DNA of 63,964 nt, filler included, from Vicugna vicugna (lineage: Eukaryota), in assembly GCA_013265495.1 (NCBI GenBank). It is 81 parts of 79 records of this genome, joined end to end, with 100 filler letters (N's around TTAATTAATTAA, not from the genome) between each part and the next. Parts side by side here need not be neighbours in the genome. Positions count along the whole stretch, not along the records: positions 25,239 to 26,162 come from PNXW01001308.1; positions 26,263 to 27,040 come from MU057677.1; positions 27,141 to 28,211 come from MU057678.1; positions 28,312 to 29,140 come from MU057679.1; positions 29,241 to 29,745 come from PNXW01001319.1; positions 29,846 to 30,640 come from PNXW01001325.1; positions 30,741 to 31,210 come from PNXW01001326.1; positions 31,311 to 32,702 come from MU057683.1; 73 more parts are not named here. One strand, 5' to 3'. Position numbers and translations under genes: made by a program. The notes beneath the pieces were generated by a model. That model was not told the DNA's origin, searched no databases, and worked only from the letters and a program-made list of their open reading frames with translations. The stretch's first letter is position 1. Each line of letters begins with the position of its first letter. Below, piece after piece: positions 25,239 through 38,114 of the stretch.

Positions 25239-26162
25239 TGGAGAGACGTTCGTTCATCCAGCACCAAGGAAACGGTTTGCAGGTGAAACACTTACTTTGG
25301 TTTCTCTGTCTGTTTCCTAGTGCCGTTTTTAAGTGCCTGCAGTTTTCACTGTAAATCCAAGTTCGAGTTTGTACATCCCCATATATATGTATGGAGTCGA
25401 GTTGGCAACTGAAAAGAAACTTTGTGTTCCCTTCAAGCTAGGTGAAGGACGGCTTTCACACACACTTATCTCTCAGAACTGAGCATGTGGAGAGACGATC
25501 AGTTAGCAGCAAAGGAACGGTTTGCAGGGGAAACGCTTACTCTGGTTTCTCAGTCTGTTTCCTAGTGCCGGTTTGAACTGCCTACATTTTTCACTGTAAA
25601 ATACAGTAGGAACTTGTACCTCCCCATATAATTGTATGGAGTGGATTTGGCAACTGAAAAAAAACTATGAGTTCCCATCAAGCTAGATGAAGGAAGGCTT
25701 TCAAACACAGTTGTCTCTCAGAACTGATCATGTGGAGAGACGTACTTTCATCCAGCACCAAGGAAACGGGTTGCAGGAGAAACACTTACTCTGGTTTCTC
25801 AGTCTGATTCCTAGTGCCGGTTTGAACTGCCTACATTTTTCACTGTAAAATACAGTAGGAACTTGTACCTCCCCATATAATTGTATGGAGTGGATTTGGC
25901 AACTGAAAAAAAACTATGAGTTCCCATCAAGCTAGATGAAGGAAGGCTTTCAAACACAGTTGTCTCTCAGAACTGATCATGTGGAGAGACGTACTTTCAT
26001 CCAGCACCAAGGAAACGGGTTGCAGGAGAAACACTTACTCTGGTTTCTCAGTCTGATTCCTAGTGCCGGTTTGAAGTGCCTGACGTTTTCACTGTAAAAC
26101 CGAGTTGTGGCTTTATATCCCCATTTATATGTATGGAGTGCAGTTGGTAAATACAAGAAACT
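25239..26162. repeat. Satellite E, ~249-bp monomer
   Basis: TGGAGAGACG at 25239, 25488, 25733 and 25982 (249/245/249 bp). Confidence 0.93.
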
Positions 26163-26262
26163 NNNNNNNNNNNNNNNNNNNNNNNNNNNNNNNNNNNNNN
26201 NNNNNNTTAATTAATTAANNNNNNNNNNNNNNNNNNNNNNNNNNNNNNNNNNNNNNNNNNNN

Positions 26263-27040
26263 AACAGTGAAATGAGAGCATTTCCTGACATCATATACAA
26301 AAATAAAATCCAAGTTTATTAAGGACTTAAATGTAAGACCTGATACTAGAAAACTGCTAGAAGGGAATATAGGTGATACACTATTGGATATATATCATAG
26401 GAATATTTTCTTATATCAGTCTTCTAAGGCAAAAGAAGTAAAAGCAAAAATTAGCAAGTGGGACCTAAATAAACTTGAAAATTCCTGCACAGCTTAGGAC
26501 ACAATCAATGAAATGAAAAGACTGCCTGTATAATTGGAGAACATAATTGCAAACAATGCAAGTTACCAGGGGTTAATAGATGTAGGTTAATAAATGTAAC
26601 ATGGATTTAGGTTAAACAACTCAAGGTGAAAAACAAAAACCCAACCAAAAACAAGAGCAAAGTACCTGAGTTAATATTTTTCCGAAAAAACATACAGATG
26701 AGTAACACGCAAGTGATAAAATTGCTCAACATTACTAATTATTAGGTAATTGCAAATCAAAACNNNNNNNNNNNNNNNNNNNNNNNACAATGAGGTATTA
26801 CTTCACACTGGTCAAATGGCTATTATGGAAAAGTCTACAAATAGAAACTGTTGGAGACGATGTGGAGGTAAGAAATCTCTTGTATACTCTTGGTAGGAAC
26901 GTAAATTGATACAACTTCTAAGAAAAAGAGTATTCAGATTTGTTTAAAAACTAAAAAGTTAACTACAATATGACGCAATAATACCTCTCCTAGGAAAAAA
27001 TCTGTGGGAAAAAACCCTAAATTGAGAAGAACCAATGTTC
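26263..27040 (+). mobile_element. L1 ORF2 C-terminal fragment, decayed
   Basis: ATACAAAAATAAAATCC, CTTAAATGTAAGACCTGA, TGCAAATCAAAAC..ACAATGAGGTATTAC. Confidence 0.9.
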
Positions 27041-27140
27041 NNNNNNNNNNNNNNNNNNNNNNNNNNNNNNNNNNNNNNNNNNNNTTAATTAATTAANNNN
27101 NNNNNNNNNNNNNNNNNNNNNNNNNNNNNNNNNNNNNNNN

Positions 27141-28211
27141 AGCGATGGTGGGGGATGGGCTCTAAAGCCAAGTAAAAGCTAGTGCATCTCTATGAGAATT
27201 GAAGGTGTTTAAATTACATCATCTACCTGGGAATAACTGTGCCCCCATAAAGATGCATGAACTCAGTTTCCCCACTTCCAACACACACACGAAGACGTGT
27301 TCAGGTATCCTGAGTTTGGGCCGGCAATTTCAAGTGACAGCACCGCCTGGGTTCTAATAATATCCGATAGCTTGTAATCCCTGAGTGTTTCCCTAGGCCT
27401 GGCTCTGAGGGAAAGCTGGGGTTTGGGCTTTGAGGCCATATAGTAGCGAGTGCCCCCGATGGACTGTGGAACTATTTATATCAATTTTCTCTAAAGGTGA
27501 ACACCTGTGCCCACATCCATCTACGTGGAGTGGGGATACAGAAATCCCCCTCCCACAAGACTGGCTTCTGGAATCCTGAATTGGGAAAGATCCTCCAACT
27601 GACAGCAGTGCCAGTGTTCTAGANNNNNNNNNNNNNNNNNNNNNNNNNNNNNNNNNNNNNNNNNNNNNNNNNNNNNNNNNNNNNNNNNNNNNNNNNNNNN
27701 NNNNNNNNNNNNNNNNNNNNNNNNNNNNNNNNNNNNNNNNNNNNNNNNNNNNNNNNNNNNNNNNNNNNNNNNNNNNNNNNNNNNNNNNNNNNNNNNNNNN
27801 NNNNNNNNNNNNNNNNNNNNNNNNNNNNNNNNNNNNNNNNNNNNNNNNNNNNNNNNNNNNNNNNNNNNNNNNNNNNNNNNNNNNNNNNNNNNNNNNNNNN
27901 NNNNNNNNNNNNNNNNNNNNNNNNNNNNNNNNNNNNNNNNNNNNNNNNNNNNNNNNNNNNNNNNNNNNNNNNNNNNNNNNNNNNNNNNNNNNNNNNNNNN
28001 NNNNNNGTTCTTAGAGGAATTCTCCCTAAAGGGAAACACCTGAGCACATATTCATCTGCGTGGATTGGGGCTCCACACCTCCCCACCACACAAGGTTGGA
28101 TTCCAGAATGCTGAGGGTATGGTAGATCCTCCAAGTGACATCAGCATCTTGGTTTTAATTGAACCGCTTTGCTTGTCTTCCCTGATGGATTTCCTAGGCC
28201 AGAGTTTGGCT
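27141..28211. repeat. Satellite B
   Basis: Matches 20880-21497 and the reverse complement of 1289-1779. Confidence 0.88.
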
Positions 28212-28311
28212 NNNNNNNNNNNNNNNNNNNNNNNNNNNNNNNNNNNNNNNNNNNNTTAATTAATTAANNNNNNNNNNNNNNNNNNNNNNNNNNNNNNNNN
28301 NNNNNNNNNNN

Positions 28312-29140
28312 AGAACACAGAATTTAGAATATTGAAAACAGAATATATAAACCAGAATATAGAATATATGATGCAGAACACAGAATTTGAAATATAAAAT
28401 ACAGAATACTGAATATAGAATTTAGAATATAGAATGCAGACCACAGAATATAGATTATAGAATATAGAATGTTGAACCCAGANNNNNNNNNNNNNNNNNN
28501 NNNNNNNNNNNNNNNNNNNNNNNNNNNNNNNNNNNNNNNNNNNNNNNNNNNNNNNNNNNNNNNNNNNNNGGAACACAGAATTTACAATATAGAATACATA
28601 ATACTTAATATAGAATTTAAAACGTACAATGCGTAACACAGCAATTAGAATATAGAATACAGAATACTGAATATGGAATTTAGAACATGGAAAGCAGAAC
28701 TCAGAATTTAGAATAAAGAATACAGATTACTGAATATAGAATTTACAATATAGAATGTAGAACACAGAATTTAGAATATAGAATATAGAATACTGAATAT
28801 AGAAATTAGAATATAGAATGTAGAACACAGAATTTAGAATATAGAATATAGAATACTGAATATAGAATTTAGAACATAGAATGCGGAACACAGCAATTAG
28901 AATATAGAATACAGAATACTGAATATGGAATTTAGAACATGGAATGCAGAACACAGAATTTAGAATATAGAATACTGAATACTGTATATAGAATATGAAT
29001 ATACAATGTAGAACACCGAATTTATTATATAGAATACAGAATAATGAATATAGAATTAATAATATACAATGTAGAACACAGGATATAGAATATACAATAC
29101 GGAATGCAGAATATGGAATACAGAATATAGAATGTAGAAT
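28312..29140. repeat. Satellite A
   Basis: 63-bp (9x7) unit visible, e.g. CACAGAA at 28763 and 28826. Confidence 0.93.
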
Positions 29141-29240
29141 NNNNNNNNNNNNNNNNNNNNNNNNNNNNNNNNNNNNNNNNNNNNTTAATTAATTAANNNN
29201 NNNNNNNNNNNNNNNNNNNNNNNNNNNNNNNNNNNNNNNN

Positions 29241-29745
29241 CACTCCTGGCAGGGCAAGCCATCACAGAAGACAAGCTAAGGGATTATATGGAACCTAGGT
29301 GCTGCTCTCACATGGAGGATCTTCCGAACACTCAGGACTCCGGAGACACTCTTGTGTGTGGGGGAGGTGTGCAGCCGCAATCCACGCAGATGAATGGTTA
29401 TACAGGTGTTCCCCGGTAGGGGAGTTCCCTAAGTAATTCCTCAGTCAATCTGATGGCACAAGGTGCTACTTGGTCTCCAAGGCCAAACCCCAGGTTTTGC
29501 TCGCAGCCCGGCCTAGGGAAACACTCAGGGAATACAAGCTGAGTTATTGTATTCGAACGCAGGTGCTGCTGTCAGTTGGAGGAACTTCCACACACTCAGG
29601 ATTCCGGATCCCAGCCTTGTGTGAGGGGTGTTGTGGAGACCCAGTCCACGCAGATGAATGGGGGCACAAGTGTTCCATTTTAGGGTGAAATCATTTCCAA
29701 AGTAAATCAGGGGGCACTCGTTGCTACTTGGACTTCATGCCCAAA
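29241..29745. repeat. Satellite B
   Basis: CAGGTGCTGCTGTCAGTTGGAGGAACTTCC..CTCAGGATTCCGG. Confidence 0.87.
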
Positions 29746-29947
29746 NNNNNNNNNNNNNNNNNNNNNNNNNNNNNNNNNNNNNNNNNNNNTTAATTAATTA
29801 ANNNNNNNNNNNNNNNNNNNNNNNNNNNNNNNNNNNNNNNNNNNNGATTGTCACAGTAGGATACTGTTGGTGATTTGTGGCTGAGGATCTGCATGCTTAG
29901 GACAGTTCCAGATAATGAAAAACTGTCCCGTGTTTCTCATGATTCTT

Positions 29948-30564
29948 TTTTTTTTTAATTGAAGTACAGTCAGTTGACAATGCTGTATCAATTCCTGGTG
30001 TACAGCATAATAGTTCAGTCATACATATACATACGTAGATTCATTTTCATATTCTTTTTCACTATAGGTGACTACAAGATATTGAATATAGTTCCCTGTG
30101 CTGTACAGTATAAACTTGTTGTTTATCTATTTTATATATAGTACTTAGTATCTGCAAACCTTGAACTCCCAATTTATCCCTCCCTACTCCCTTTCCCCCG
30201 GTAACCATAAGTTTGTTTTCTAAGTCTGTGAATCCCTTTCTATTTTATAAATAAGTTCATTTGTCTTTATCTCAGATTCCACATATAAGTGATATTATAT
30301 GGTATTTTTCTTTCTCTTTCTGGCTTACTTCACTTAGAATGACAGTCTCCAGGTCCATCCATGTTGCTGCAACAAGCATTATTTTATCCTTTTTCATGGC
30401 TGAGTAGTATTCCAATGTATAACTATACCACTACTTCTTTACCCAGTCATCTGTTGATGGAAATTTAGGTTGTTTCCATGTCTATTGGCTACTGAGTGCT
30501 GCTATGAACACTGGGATCCATTTATTTTTTTGAATTAAAGTCCCCTCTGGATATATGCCCACGA
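29948..30564 (-). mobile_element. Complete 5'-truncated L1 insertion with target-site duplication
   Basis: Poly-T start, L1 3'UTR; TSD CTCATGATTCTT at 29936-29947 and 30570-30581. Confidence 0.93.
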
Positions 30565-30740
30565 TGTCCCTCATGATTCTTGAATGTCTGTTCACTCATT
30601 CATGTTAAATACCTGCTTAGAATGACCAGGGCTTATAACCNNNNNNNNNNNNNNNNNNNNNNNNNNNNNNNNNNNNNNNNNNNNTTAATTAATTAANNNN
30701 NNNNNNNNNNNNNNNNNNNNNNNNNNNNNNNNNNNNNNNN

Positions 30741-31210
30741 TCTCTTGTATGCAGCATATTGAAGGTTCTTGCTTTATTATCCACTATGCCACTCTATGTC
30801 TTTGACTGGAGTATTTAGTCCATTTACATTTACAGTAATTAATGATAGATGTGTGTTTATTGCCATTTTGAACTTCTCTTTGCAGTTGAATTGGTATATC
30901 CTCTTTGTTCCTTTCTTATTCCTTTTGTGGTTTGGTAATTTTCCTTTGTATTATCATGGATTTTATTTAATTTTTGTGACTCCCTTGTAAATTTTTGACT
31001 TGTGGTTACCCTTTTTTGTAAATCTATTTATCTATAGTAAATCTATTTATCTATACTCGTTTTTATTAAACTGATAATAACATGATCTCAAACCCATCCT
31101 AGTGTTAAAAAATTTAAAACAGAAAGAAAAAAAATTCTGTATTTCCTTGCCTCCCTCTCCCACTTTCAGTGATTTGTATGTCTTCTTTCATAATTTCGTG
31201 TTTTCTTTAT
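30741..31210 (-). mobile_element. L1 inter-ORF/ORF2 endonuclease start
   Basis: CCACTCTATGTCTTTGACTGGAGTATTTAGTCCATTTACATTTA is the reverse complement of the ORF2 start motif (TLNVNGLN.P.KR). Confidence 0.85.
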
Positions 31211-31310
31211 NNNNNNNNNNNNNNNNNNNNNNNNNNNNNNNNNNNNNNNNNNNNTTAATTAATTAANNNNNNNNNNNNNNNNNNNNNNNNNNNNNNNNNN
31301 NNNNNNNNNN

Positions 31311-32702
31311 CTGACCTTCGGGAAGCAGCGTATGTCACTGGGATATCCTGCAAACTTCCCTAACATTCCCTGGCAAAGAGATATTAGGAAAACCCTCAGG
31401 GGAGACGAGCTTAGGCATTCCTTTAGAACACACGCGCTGCCGACCGTTGGTGGAACCTCCCCACGCTCAGGATTCCGGAACCATTGTCAGTGCGTGGGGG
31501 ANNNNNNNNNNNNNNNNNNNNNNNNNNNNNNNNNNNNNNNNNNNNNNNNNNNNNNNNNNNNNNNNNNNNNNNNNNNNNNNNNNNNNNNNNNNNNNNNNNN
31601 NNNNNNNNNNNNNNNNNNNNNNNNNNNNNNNNNNNNNNNNNNNNNNNNNNNNNNNNNNNNNNNNNNNNNNNNNNNNNNNNNNNNNNNNNNNNNNNNNNNN
31701 NNNNNNNNNNNNNNNNNNNNNNNNNNNNNNNNNNNNNNNNNNNNNNNNNNNNNNNNNNNNNNNNNNNNNNNNNNNNNNNNNNNNNNNNNNNNNNNNNNNN
31801 NNNNNNNNNNNNNNNNNNNNNNNNNNNNNNNNNNNNNNNNNNNNNNNNNNNNNNNNNNNNNNNNNNNNNNNNNNNNNNNNNNNNNNNNNNNNNNNNNNNN
31901 NNNNNNNNNNNNNNNNNNNNNNNNNNNNNNNNNNNNNNNNNNNNNNNNNNNNNNNNNNNNNNNNNNNNNNNNNNNNNNNNNNNNNNNNNNNNNNNNNNNN
32001 NNNNNNNNNNNNNNNNNNNNNNNNNNNNNNNNNNNNNNNNNNNNNNNNNNNNNNNNNNNNNNNNNNNNNNNNNNNNNNNNNNNNNNNNNNNNNNNNNNNN
32101 NNNNNNNNNNNNNNNNNNNNNNNNNNNNNNNNNNNNNNNNNNNNNNNNNNNNNNNNNNNNNNNNNNNNNNNNNNNNNNNNNNNNNNNNNNNNNNNNNNNN
32201 NNNNNNNNNNNNNNNNNNNNNNNNNNNNNNNNNNNNNNNNNNNNNNNNNNNNNNNNNNNNNNNNNNNNNNNNNNNNNNNNNNNNNNNNNNNNNNNNNNNN
32301 NNNNNNNNNNNNNNNNNNNNNNNNNNNNNNNNNNNNNNNNNNNNNNNNNNNNNNNNNNNNNNNNNNNNNNNNNNNNNNNNNNNNNNNNNNNNNNNNNNNN
32401 NNNNNNNNNNNNNNNNNNNNNNNNNNNNNNNNNNNNNNNNNNNNNNNNNNNNNNNNNNNNNNNNNNNNNNNNNNNNNNNNNNNNNNNNNNNNNNNNNNNN
32501 NCGTTGGTGGAACCTCCCCACGATCAGGATTCCGGAACCATTGTCAGTGCGTGGGGGAGCTCGAGAGACAACTCCACGCAGCTCTCTTCAGTCACAGGTG
32601 TTCCCTGTACGGGGAAGTCCGTGAAATAGCTTCCCTGAACTTGGGGAGTCAGTCTCAGCCACTGGGATATCCTGCAATCACCCCTTGCATTCCCTGGCAC
32701 AG
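31311..32702. repeat. Satellite C (gapped)
   Basis: Same 267-bp monomer on both sides of the gap. Confidence 0.92.
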
Positions 32703-33659
32703 NNNNNNNNNNNNNNNNNNNNNNNNNNNNNNNNNNNNNNNNNNNNTTAATTAATTAANNNNNNNNNNNNNNNNNNNNNNNNNNNNNNNNNNNNNNNNNN
32801 NNATACATATGAGGAAAATACTCACCCAGTGGAGACATCCCGAGTGGCTGCAAGTTGAAAGACATTGGGTTCAGGAGTGATTGTTTAGGTAAGAGGCTGG
32901 TCTAATGTTTTCCTCAATTTGGTTACCTCCATTGAATTTTTCAGGATAAAAGTAAAACTCTTATGAGGAACCTTTCAACTCCAAAATTCGGACCATCCTC
33001 CTGGCTGGTAACAGNNNNNNNNNNNNNNNNNNNNNNNNNNNNNNNNNNNNNNNNNNNNNNNNNNNNNNNNNNNNNNNNNNNNNNNNNNNNNNNNNNNGCA
33101 AAATTATTCTGAGAACCCGACCTTACAATGGGGAATAGAACTTTCAAAAAAAAATAAAGAACAGAAAAGAAAAGAAAAAGAAATGACAGTTAGCCAGTCT
33201 CCAACTATTACCCCAGCCAGGTTTATGTACATACAAAACTTACAACATTAATTGGGAATAAGGAATAAAAAAACCTCACACTGAAAGTAACTAAACAGGC
33301 CTGATAAAAACATTTTTTGGAATTCTGAACTTATAAAAACAAAATCTCCTTTAGGGAGAACTTGGATTTCTCTTCCTGTGTCCTTGAAATGTAAATGTTT
33401 TATCTTTCTCTGGGTGTTTTAAGTGTGTGTATGTATGCATATATATGTTTACTTTATTTTTTAAAGGAAACCTTGGACTCAGCCATACAAAAGGTTCAAG
33501 TATTGTGTACATATGGTGACCACTCAAATAAATTGGGATTCTAAGCAATCCTTTGACTGNNNNNNNNNNNNNNNNNNNNNNNNNNNNNNNNNNNNNNNNN
33601 NNNTTAATTAATTAANNNNNNNNNNNNNNNNNNNNNNNNNNNNNNNNNNNNNNNNNNNN

Positions 33660-34176
33660 CGGATTTGGCAATCATGCGTTTCTGACTTGTGAGCAAGTGG
33701 AATATTGACCTTTCATCCTCCGAAAAAGGCGTATATATACTTAGAAATTTTTACTCTGTCTTCATAGGTTTTTCCTATCACCAGGTTCTAAAATCGGACA
33801 TTTGGCACCAGAAAACACTCTTTGAGCGAAATCTCACCAATACACATGTAATTTGCATTGTTNNNNNNNNNNNNNNNNNNNNNNNNNNNNNNNNNNNNNN
33901 NNNNNNNNNNNNNNNNNNNNNNNNNNNNNNNNNNNNNNNNNNNNNNNNNNNNNNNNNNNNNNNNNNNNNNNNNNNNNNNNNNNNNNNNNNNNNNNNNNNN
34001 NNNNNNNNNNNCTTCTTCCTAAGTTTCAAGAATCACACTTTGATCCCAGAAATACCCTCTTGGAGCGAATTCTAACCAAGAGATATATAATTTGAATATA
34101 TTCCATCTACATTATAATCCGTTTTCATTATATGGTACATACATGACTGATTTGACAAACATGCATTCCTGAGTTG
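33660..34176. repeat. Satellite D
   Basis: Matches 16377-16580. Confidence 0.9.
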
Positions 34177-34276
34177 NNNNNNNNNNNNNNNNNNNNNNNN
34201 NNNNNNNNNNNNNNNNNNNNTTAATTAATTAANNNNNNNNNNNNNNNNNNNNNNNNNNNNNNNNNNNNNNNNNNNN

Positions 34277-35325
34277 ACGACCTGACAATGATGCTCACTA
34301 GTATACGCCCCTGAGAAAAGATTTATGTTTACACAAAAACCTGTATATAAATATTCACAAAAACTCTGTTAAATCTTCAAATGCGGAAGCAGCTCAAATG
34401 TTCTTCAACGAGTTAACATATTTAAAACAAAACCAAAAGCTTTGCCACGTCCATACAAAGAATGCTACTGAACAATAAAAAGNNNNNNNNNNNNNNNNNN
34501 NNNNNNNNNNNNNNNNNNNNNNNNNNNNNNNNNNNNNNNNNNNNNNNNNNNNNNNNNNNNNNNNNNNNNNNNNNNNNNNNNNNNNNNNNNNNNNNNNNNN
34601 NNNNNNNNNNNNNNNNNNNNNNNNNNNNNNNNNNNNNNNNNNNNNNNNNNNNNNNNNNNNNNNNNNNNNNNNNNNNNNNNNNNNNNNNNNNNNNNNNNNN
34701 NNNNNNNNNNNNNNNNNNNNNNNNNNNNNNNNNNNNNNNNNNNNNNNNNNNNNNNNNNNNNNNNNNNNNNNNNNNNNNNNNNNNNNNNNNNNNNNNNNNN
34801 NNNNNNNNNNNNNNNNNNNNNNNNNNNNNNGAGGGTCTGTGCCCATCAGTAAACCAGCAACACATAGAGATCTGGTAGAATTAAACTCAAATTCACTCTT
34901 ATCCAAAACATTTTATTAACTACAAACTATTTAAATATTCCAAATAAACGCAGATTATCAAACTGGAAGAATGCAAAATAAAACTTTATGCTTTCTGTGA
35001 AAAAGCCAAATTAAATATCTTTAATACAAAGAAAAAAGTTCGATTATAAGTAAAATATTGGTTAAAGAGGTCATATACCACACGACCAGTAATCATAACA
35101 AAGGTAGAGTGGTTACATTAGTATCATACCACATAAGCTTAAGGGAGAGGAATATTATTAAGTATAAAGGAGAACACCAATCAATTAACATTAAGACATA
35201 GGAATCCTGGATGTCTATATATTCAACAATCAAACTTCAAATAAATAAGCAAAGAGTTGACAGAACTTGAAGGAGAATTAAGACAAATGTCACTCCTCTG
35301 TTATTAAATGATAGAAAAGACAAGA
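34277..35325 (+). mobile_element. Old L1 remnants
   Basis: TATGTTTACACAAAAACCTGTATA; AAGCAAAGAGTTGACAGAACTTGAAGGAGAATTAAGACAAAT. Confidence 0.65.
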
Positions 35326-35425
35326 NNNNNNNNNNNNNNNNNNNNNNNNNNNNNNNNNNNNNNNNNNNNTTAATTAATTAANNNNNNNNNNNNNNNNNNN
35401 NNNNNNNNNNNNNNNNNNNNNNNNN

Positions 35426-35932
35426 GGTTTCATAGGCAAATTTTTTTTCCCATTCCGGATGTTGTCTTTTGTTTTGCTTCCGGTTTCGTTACTGTGCAGT
35501 AGCTTATAAATTTCATTATGTCTCATTTGTTTATTCTTGCTTTTATTTCTTCTACGAGAAAATTTTCGAGAATTATGTCAGATAATCTTTTGCCTGTATT
35601 TTCCTCAAGGAGGTTTATTGCATCTTGTCTTATGTTTAATTCTTTGATCCATTCTGAGTTTATTTTTGTGTACTAGCCTCATTGGGAGTGTTCTAACTTC
35701 ATTGATTTACATGCTGCTGTCCAGTTTTCCCAACATTTGCTGAAGAGTCTGTCTCTATTCTATTGTATTTTCTTGCCTCCTTTGTCAAAGTTTAATTGAC
35801 CAAAAATTTGTGGGTTCATTTCTGGGCTATCTATTCTGTTCCATTTGTCTATATGTCTGTTTTCCTAAAAATACAGTACTGTCATGCTGACTGTAGCTCT
35901 ATAGCATTATCTGAATTGTTAGCATAAAGAAA
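35426..35932 (-). mobile_element. L1 ORF2 fragment
   Basis: TTGATCCATTCTGAGTTTATTTTTGTGTA, GCTGTCCAGTTTTCCCAAC, TTCTTGCCTCCTTTGTCAAAG. Confidence 0.9.
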
Positions 35933-36039
35933 NNNNNNNNNNNNNNNNNNNNNNNNNNNNNNNNNNNNNNNNNNNNTTAATTAATTAANNNNNNNNNNNN
36001 NNNNNNNNNNNNNNNNNNNNNNNNNNNNNNNNAGACAAA

Positions 36040-36290
36040 TGCTGCCTTTACGGCTCTGACACATGCTTAGCGGGGCGACGCCACACAGTGAACACTGCTA
36101 AGTGACAGTGTGTTAAATGCTTCATGTGTGCTATAATACTCTTTAAAACTTACAACAATCCCAGGAAGAAACGAATATTATCATGCCCATTTCACAGATT
36201 CTCCAACAGTTTAAGAGAGTTTACATTCTACTCCAAGGCCCTATGGTGAAAAAATGGCAATTTAAACTGGAATCTGGGCCCAGGCCTTGG
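36040..36290. mobile_element. MIR SINE remnant
   Basis: ACAACAATCCCAGGAAG..TATTATCATGCCCATTTCACAGAT core. Confidence 0.6.
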
Positions 36291-36664
36291 CTCCATCTCT
36301 ATCCCATCCACCTGACCACTTGCTTATGAATTCCACCGGTCCAATACACAAGTNNNNNNNNNNNNNNNNNNNNNNNNNNNNNNNNNNNNNNNNNNNNNNN
36401 NNNNNNNNNNNNNNNNNNNNNNNNNNNNNNNNNNNNNNNNNNNNNNNNNNNNNNNNNNNNNNNNNNNNNNNNNNNTCCTGTAATGTGCAGAAACCCTTCC
36501 CTGCACCACCAAATCCAAGTGTATGCTTCCTCCATGTATATGTTTGCACACGGCTTATTAAAGTAGAAGGTACCTGCAGTAATTCCATCTCGGTTGCTTT
36601 CCAAGTTTGCAGATTATACATAATCAGTCTGTGAACGAACATAGTACAATGTGAATGAGAATAC

Positions 36665-37150
36665 TGCAACCATGACAGTAAACAAAGAATACTGAAACCA
36701 AGTCCTTAAAGGCTGCCAGCACCCCCCAGCTAGGACAAGCCTGCAGCCCAGCTGCTACAGCAACTCACAATGGTGTCCTCTGAGCAGAATCAGAATAAGA
36801 AAAGACAGGCTACTTACTGGTCCTAGATAGCTAGGTGCTTGTCTAAAGATTGAATTCAGTGAGTCCAAAATATTTGCTTCCTACCATACATAGAANNNNN
36901 NNNNNNNNNNNNNNNNNNNNNNNNNNNNNNNNNNNNNNNTTAATTAATTAANNNNNNNNNNNNNNNNNNNNNNNNNNNNNNNNNNNNNNNNNNNNAGCCC
37001 ACTCTGTCTATGGAGTATATATCTCTCTGAATAAATCTACGTTTACTGAAATGTGGCTCTCTCTTGAATTTGTTCCTGTGAAACCAAGGACCCACACTTC
37101 ACGAGGTGCATCCCAGGGACCCAAATAAGACCTGGGATACAGCCATCCTC
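36665..37150 (+). mobile_element. ERV1-type LTR fragments on two scaffolds
   Basis: GGTCCTAGATAG..CCATACATAGA, then AGCCCACTCTGTCTATGGAGT..AATAAA..TCTCTTGAATT resembling R/U5. Confidence 0.5.
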
Positions 37151-37229
37151 TCCCCCACATTTTCCTGTATCATACATTCCTTCCCAAAGGATCTCACCTT
37201 GTGCACTTCAAAGTAGACAGCACTCATGT

Positions 37230-37380
37230 GTCCTGACATGGATCTGCTTCTGCGTGTATCACTTCTCATGTCCACTAGAACGTCACCTTCATGAGGACAG
37301 GGATTTGTTTCTGTTCACAACAGAAAACGGAAGCACCAGCACATCACAGGTGCTGAAGAACTATTAGCTGAATGAATGAT
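37230..37380 (+). mobile_element. L2 3' end
   Basis: CACTAGAA..CATGAGGACAGGGATTTGT..CTGTTCAC..TGAATGAATGA. Confidence 0.7.
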
Positions 37381-37783
37381 CTGTGGGAAGTCCTGGGAAT
37401 TCCACCTGGAACTCCTAGCCACTTGGGTCCCAGTTGATTCCAGTTGCTCCCTGCTACTCATGGCTGAGCTCTTGCCACCACTCTCTGCTCTGCCATCACC
37501 TGAACCGGGATGAGCTGAGATGAGCACACACCCCGGAGAGCATGGCGGCTGGTTCATGTCGTTGCAAAACACACGCCCTTTGACTGCCAGAGGTTACTTA
37601 GAATGGACAAACTGAAGGCAGCACCATGGGCACTGCCTTATGCCACAACTCACTTGAAGCACCAGGACTGCACACAGGGGAAANNNNNNNNNNNNNNNNN
37701 NNNNNNNNNNNNNNNNNNNNNNNNNNNTTAATTAATTAANNNNNNNNNNNNNNNNNNNNNNNNNNNNNNNNNNNNNNNNNNNN

Positions 37784-38020
37784 GAGAGACAGAGAGACAG
37801 AGAGACAGAGAGGCAGAGAGGCAGAGAGACAGAGAGGCAGAGCGAGCACGAGCTTCTGGTATCTCTTCTCACCAGGGCACACCTAATCCCAGCATGAAGC
37901 GTCCACCCTACCGACCTCCTCGAATCCTGACTACTCCCAAAGGCACCATCTCCAAATGCCCTTTCCACTGAGGGCTAGACTTTCGCATATGAATCCTGAA
38001 CACAAACATTCAGCCCATGA
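37784..38020. mobile_element. GA-rich microsatellite followed by a MaLR (MLT1-like) LTR end
   Basis: CTCCCAAAGGC..ATCTCCAAATGCC..CATATGAAT..ACAAACATTCAG. Confidence 0.6.
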
Positions 38021-38114
38021 CAGCCCCCAATTCACAATACATAGCACCCAATGCCTTGCATGCACCCATGACAGCCCCCAATTCACAATACATAGCACCC
38101 AATGCTTTGCATGC
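38014..38114. repeat. 51-bp tandem duplication
   Basis: CCCATGACAGCCCCCAATTCACAATACATAGCACCCAATGC at 38014 and 38065. Confidence 0.9.

Noticed and set aside
25270..25290. GGTTTGCAGG shared between satellite E and reverse satellite C, hinting that all families share one ancestor
   Set aside because: A single 10-11-bp match without convincing collinear extension.
31332..32754. Long ORFs of 300-435 aa (also 56382-57493)
   Set aside because: Mostly N-gap; flanks are satellite.
32803..33559. Possible ERV1 internal leader region
   Set aside because: Only a general resemblance; no PBS or gag motif could be identified.
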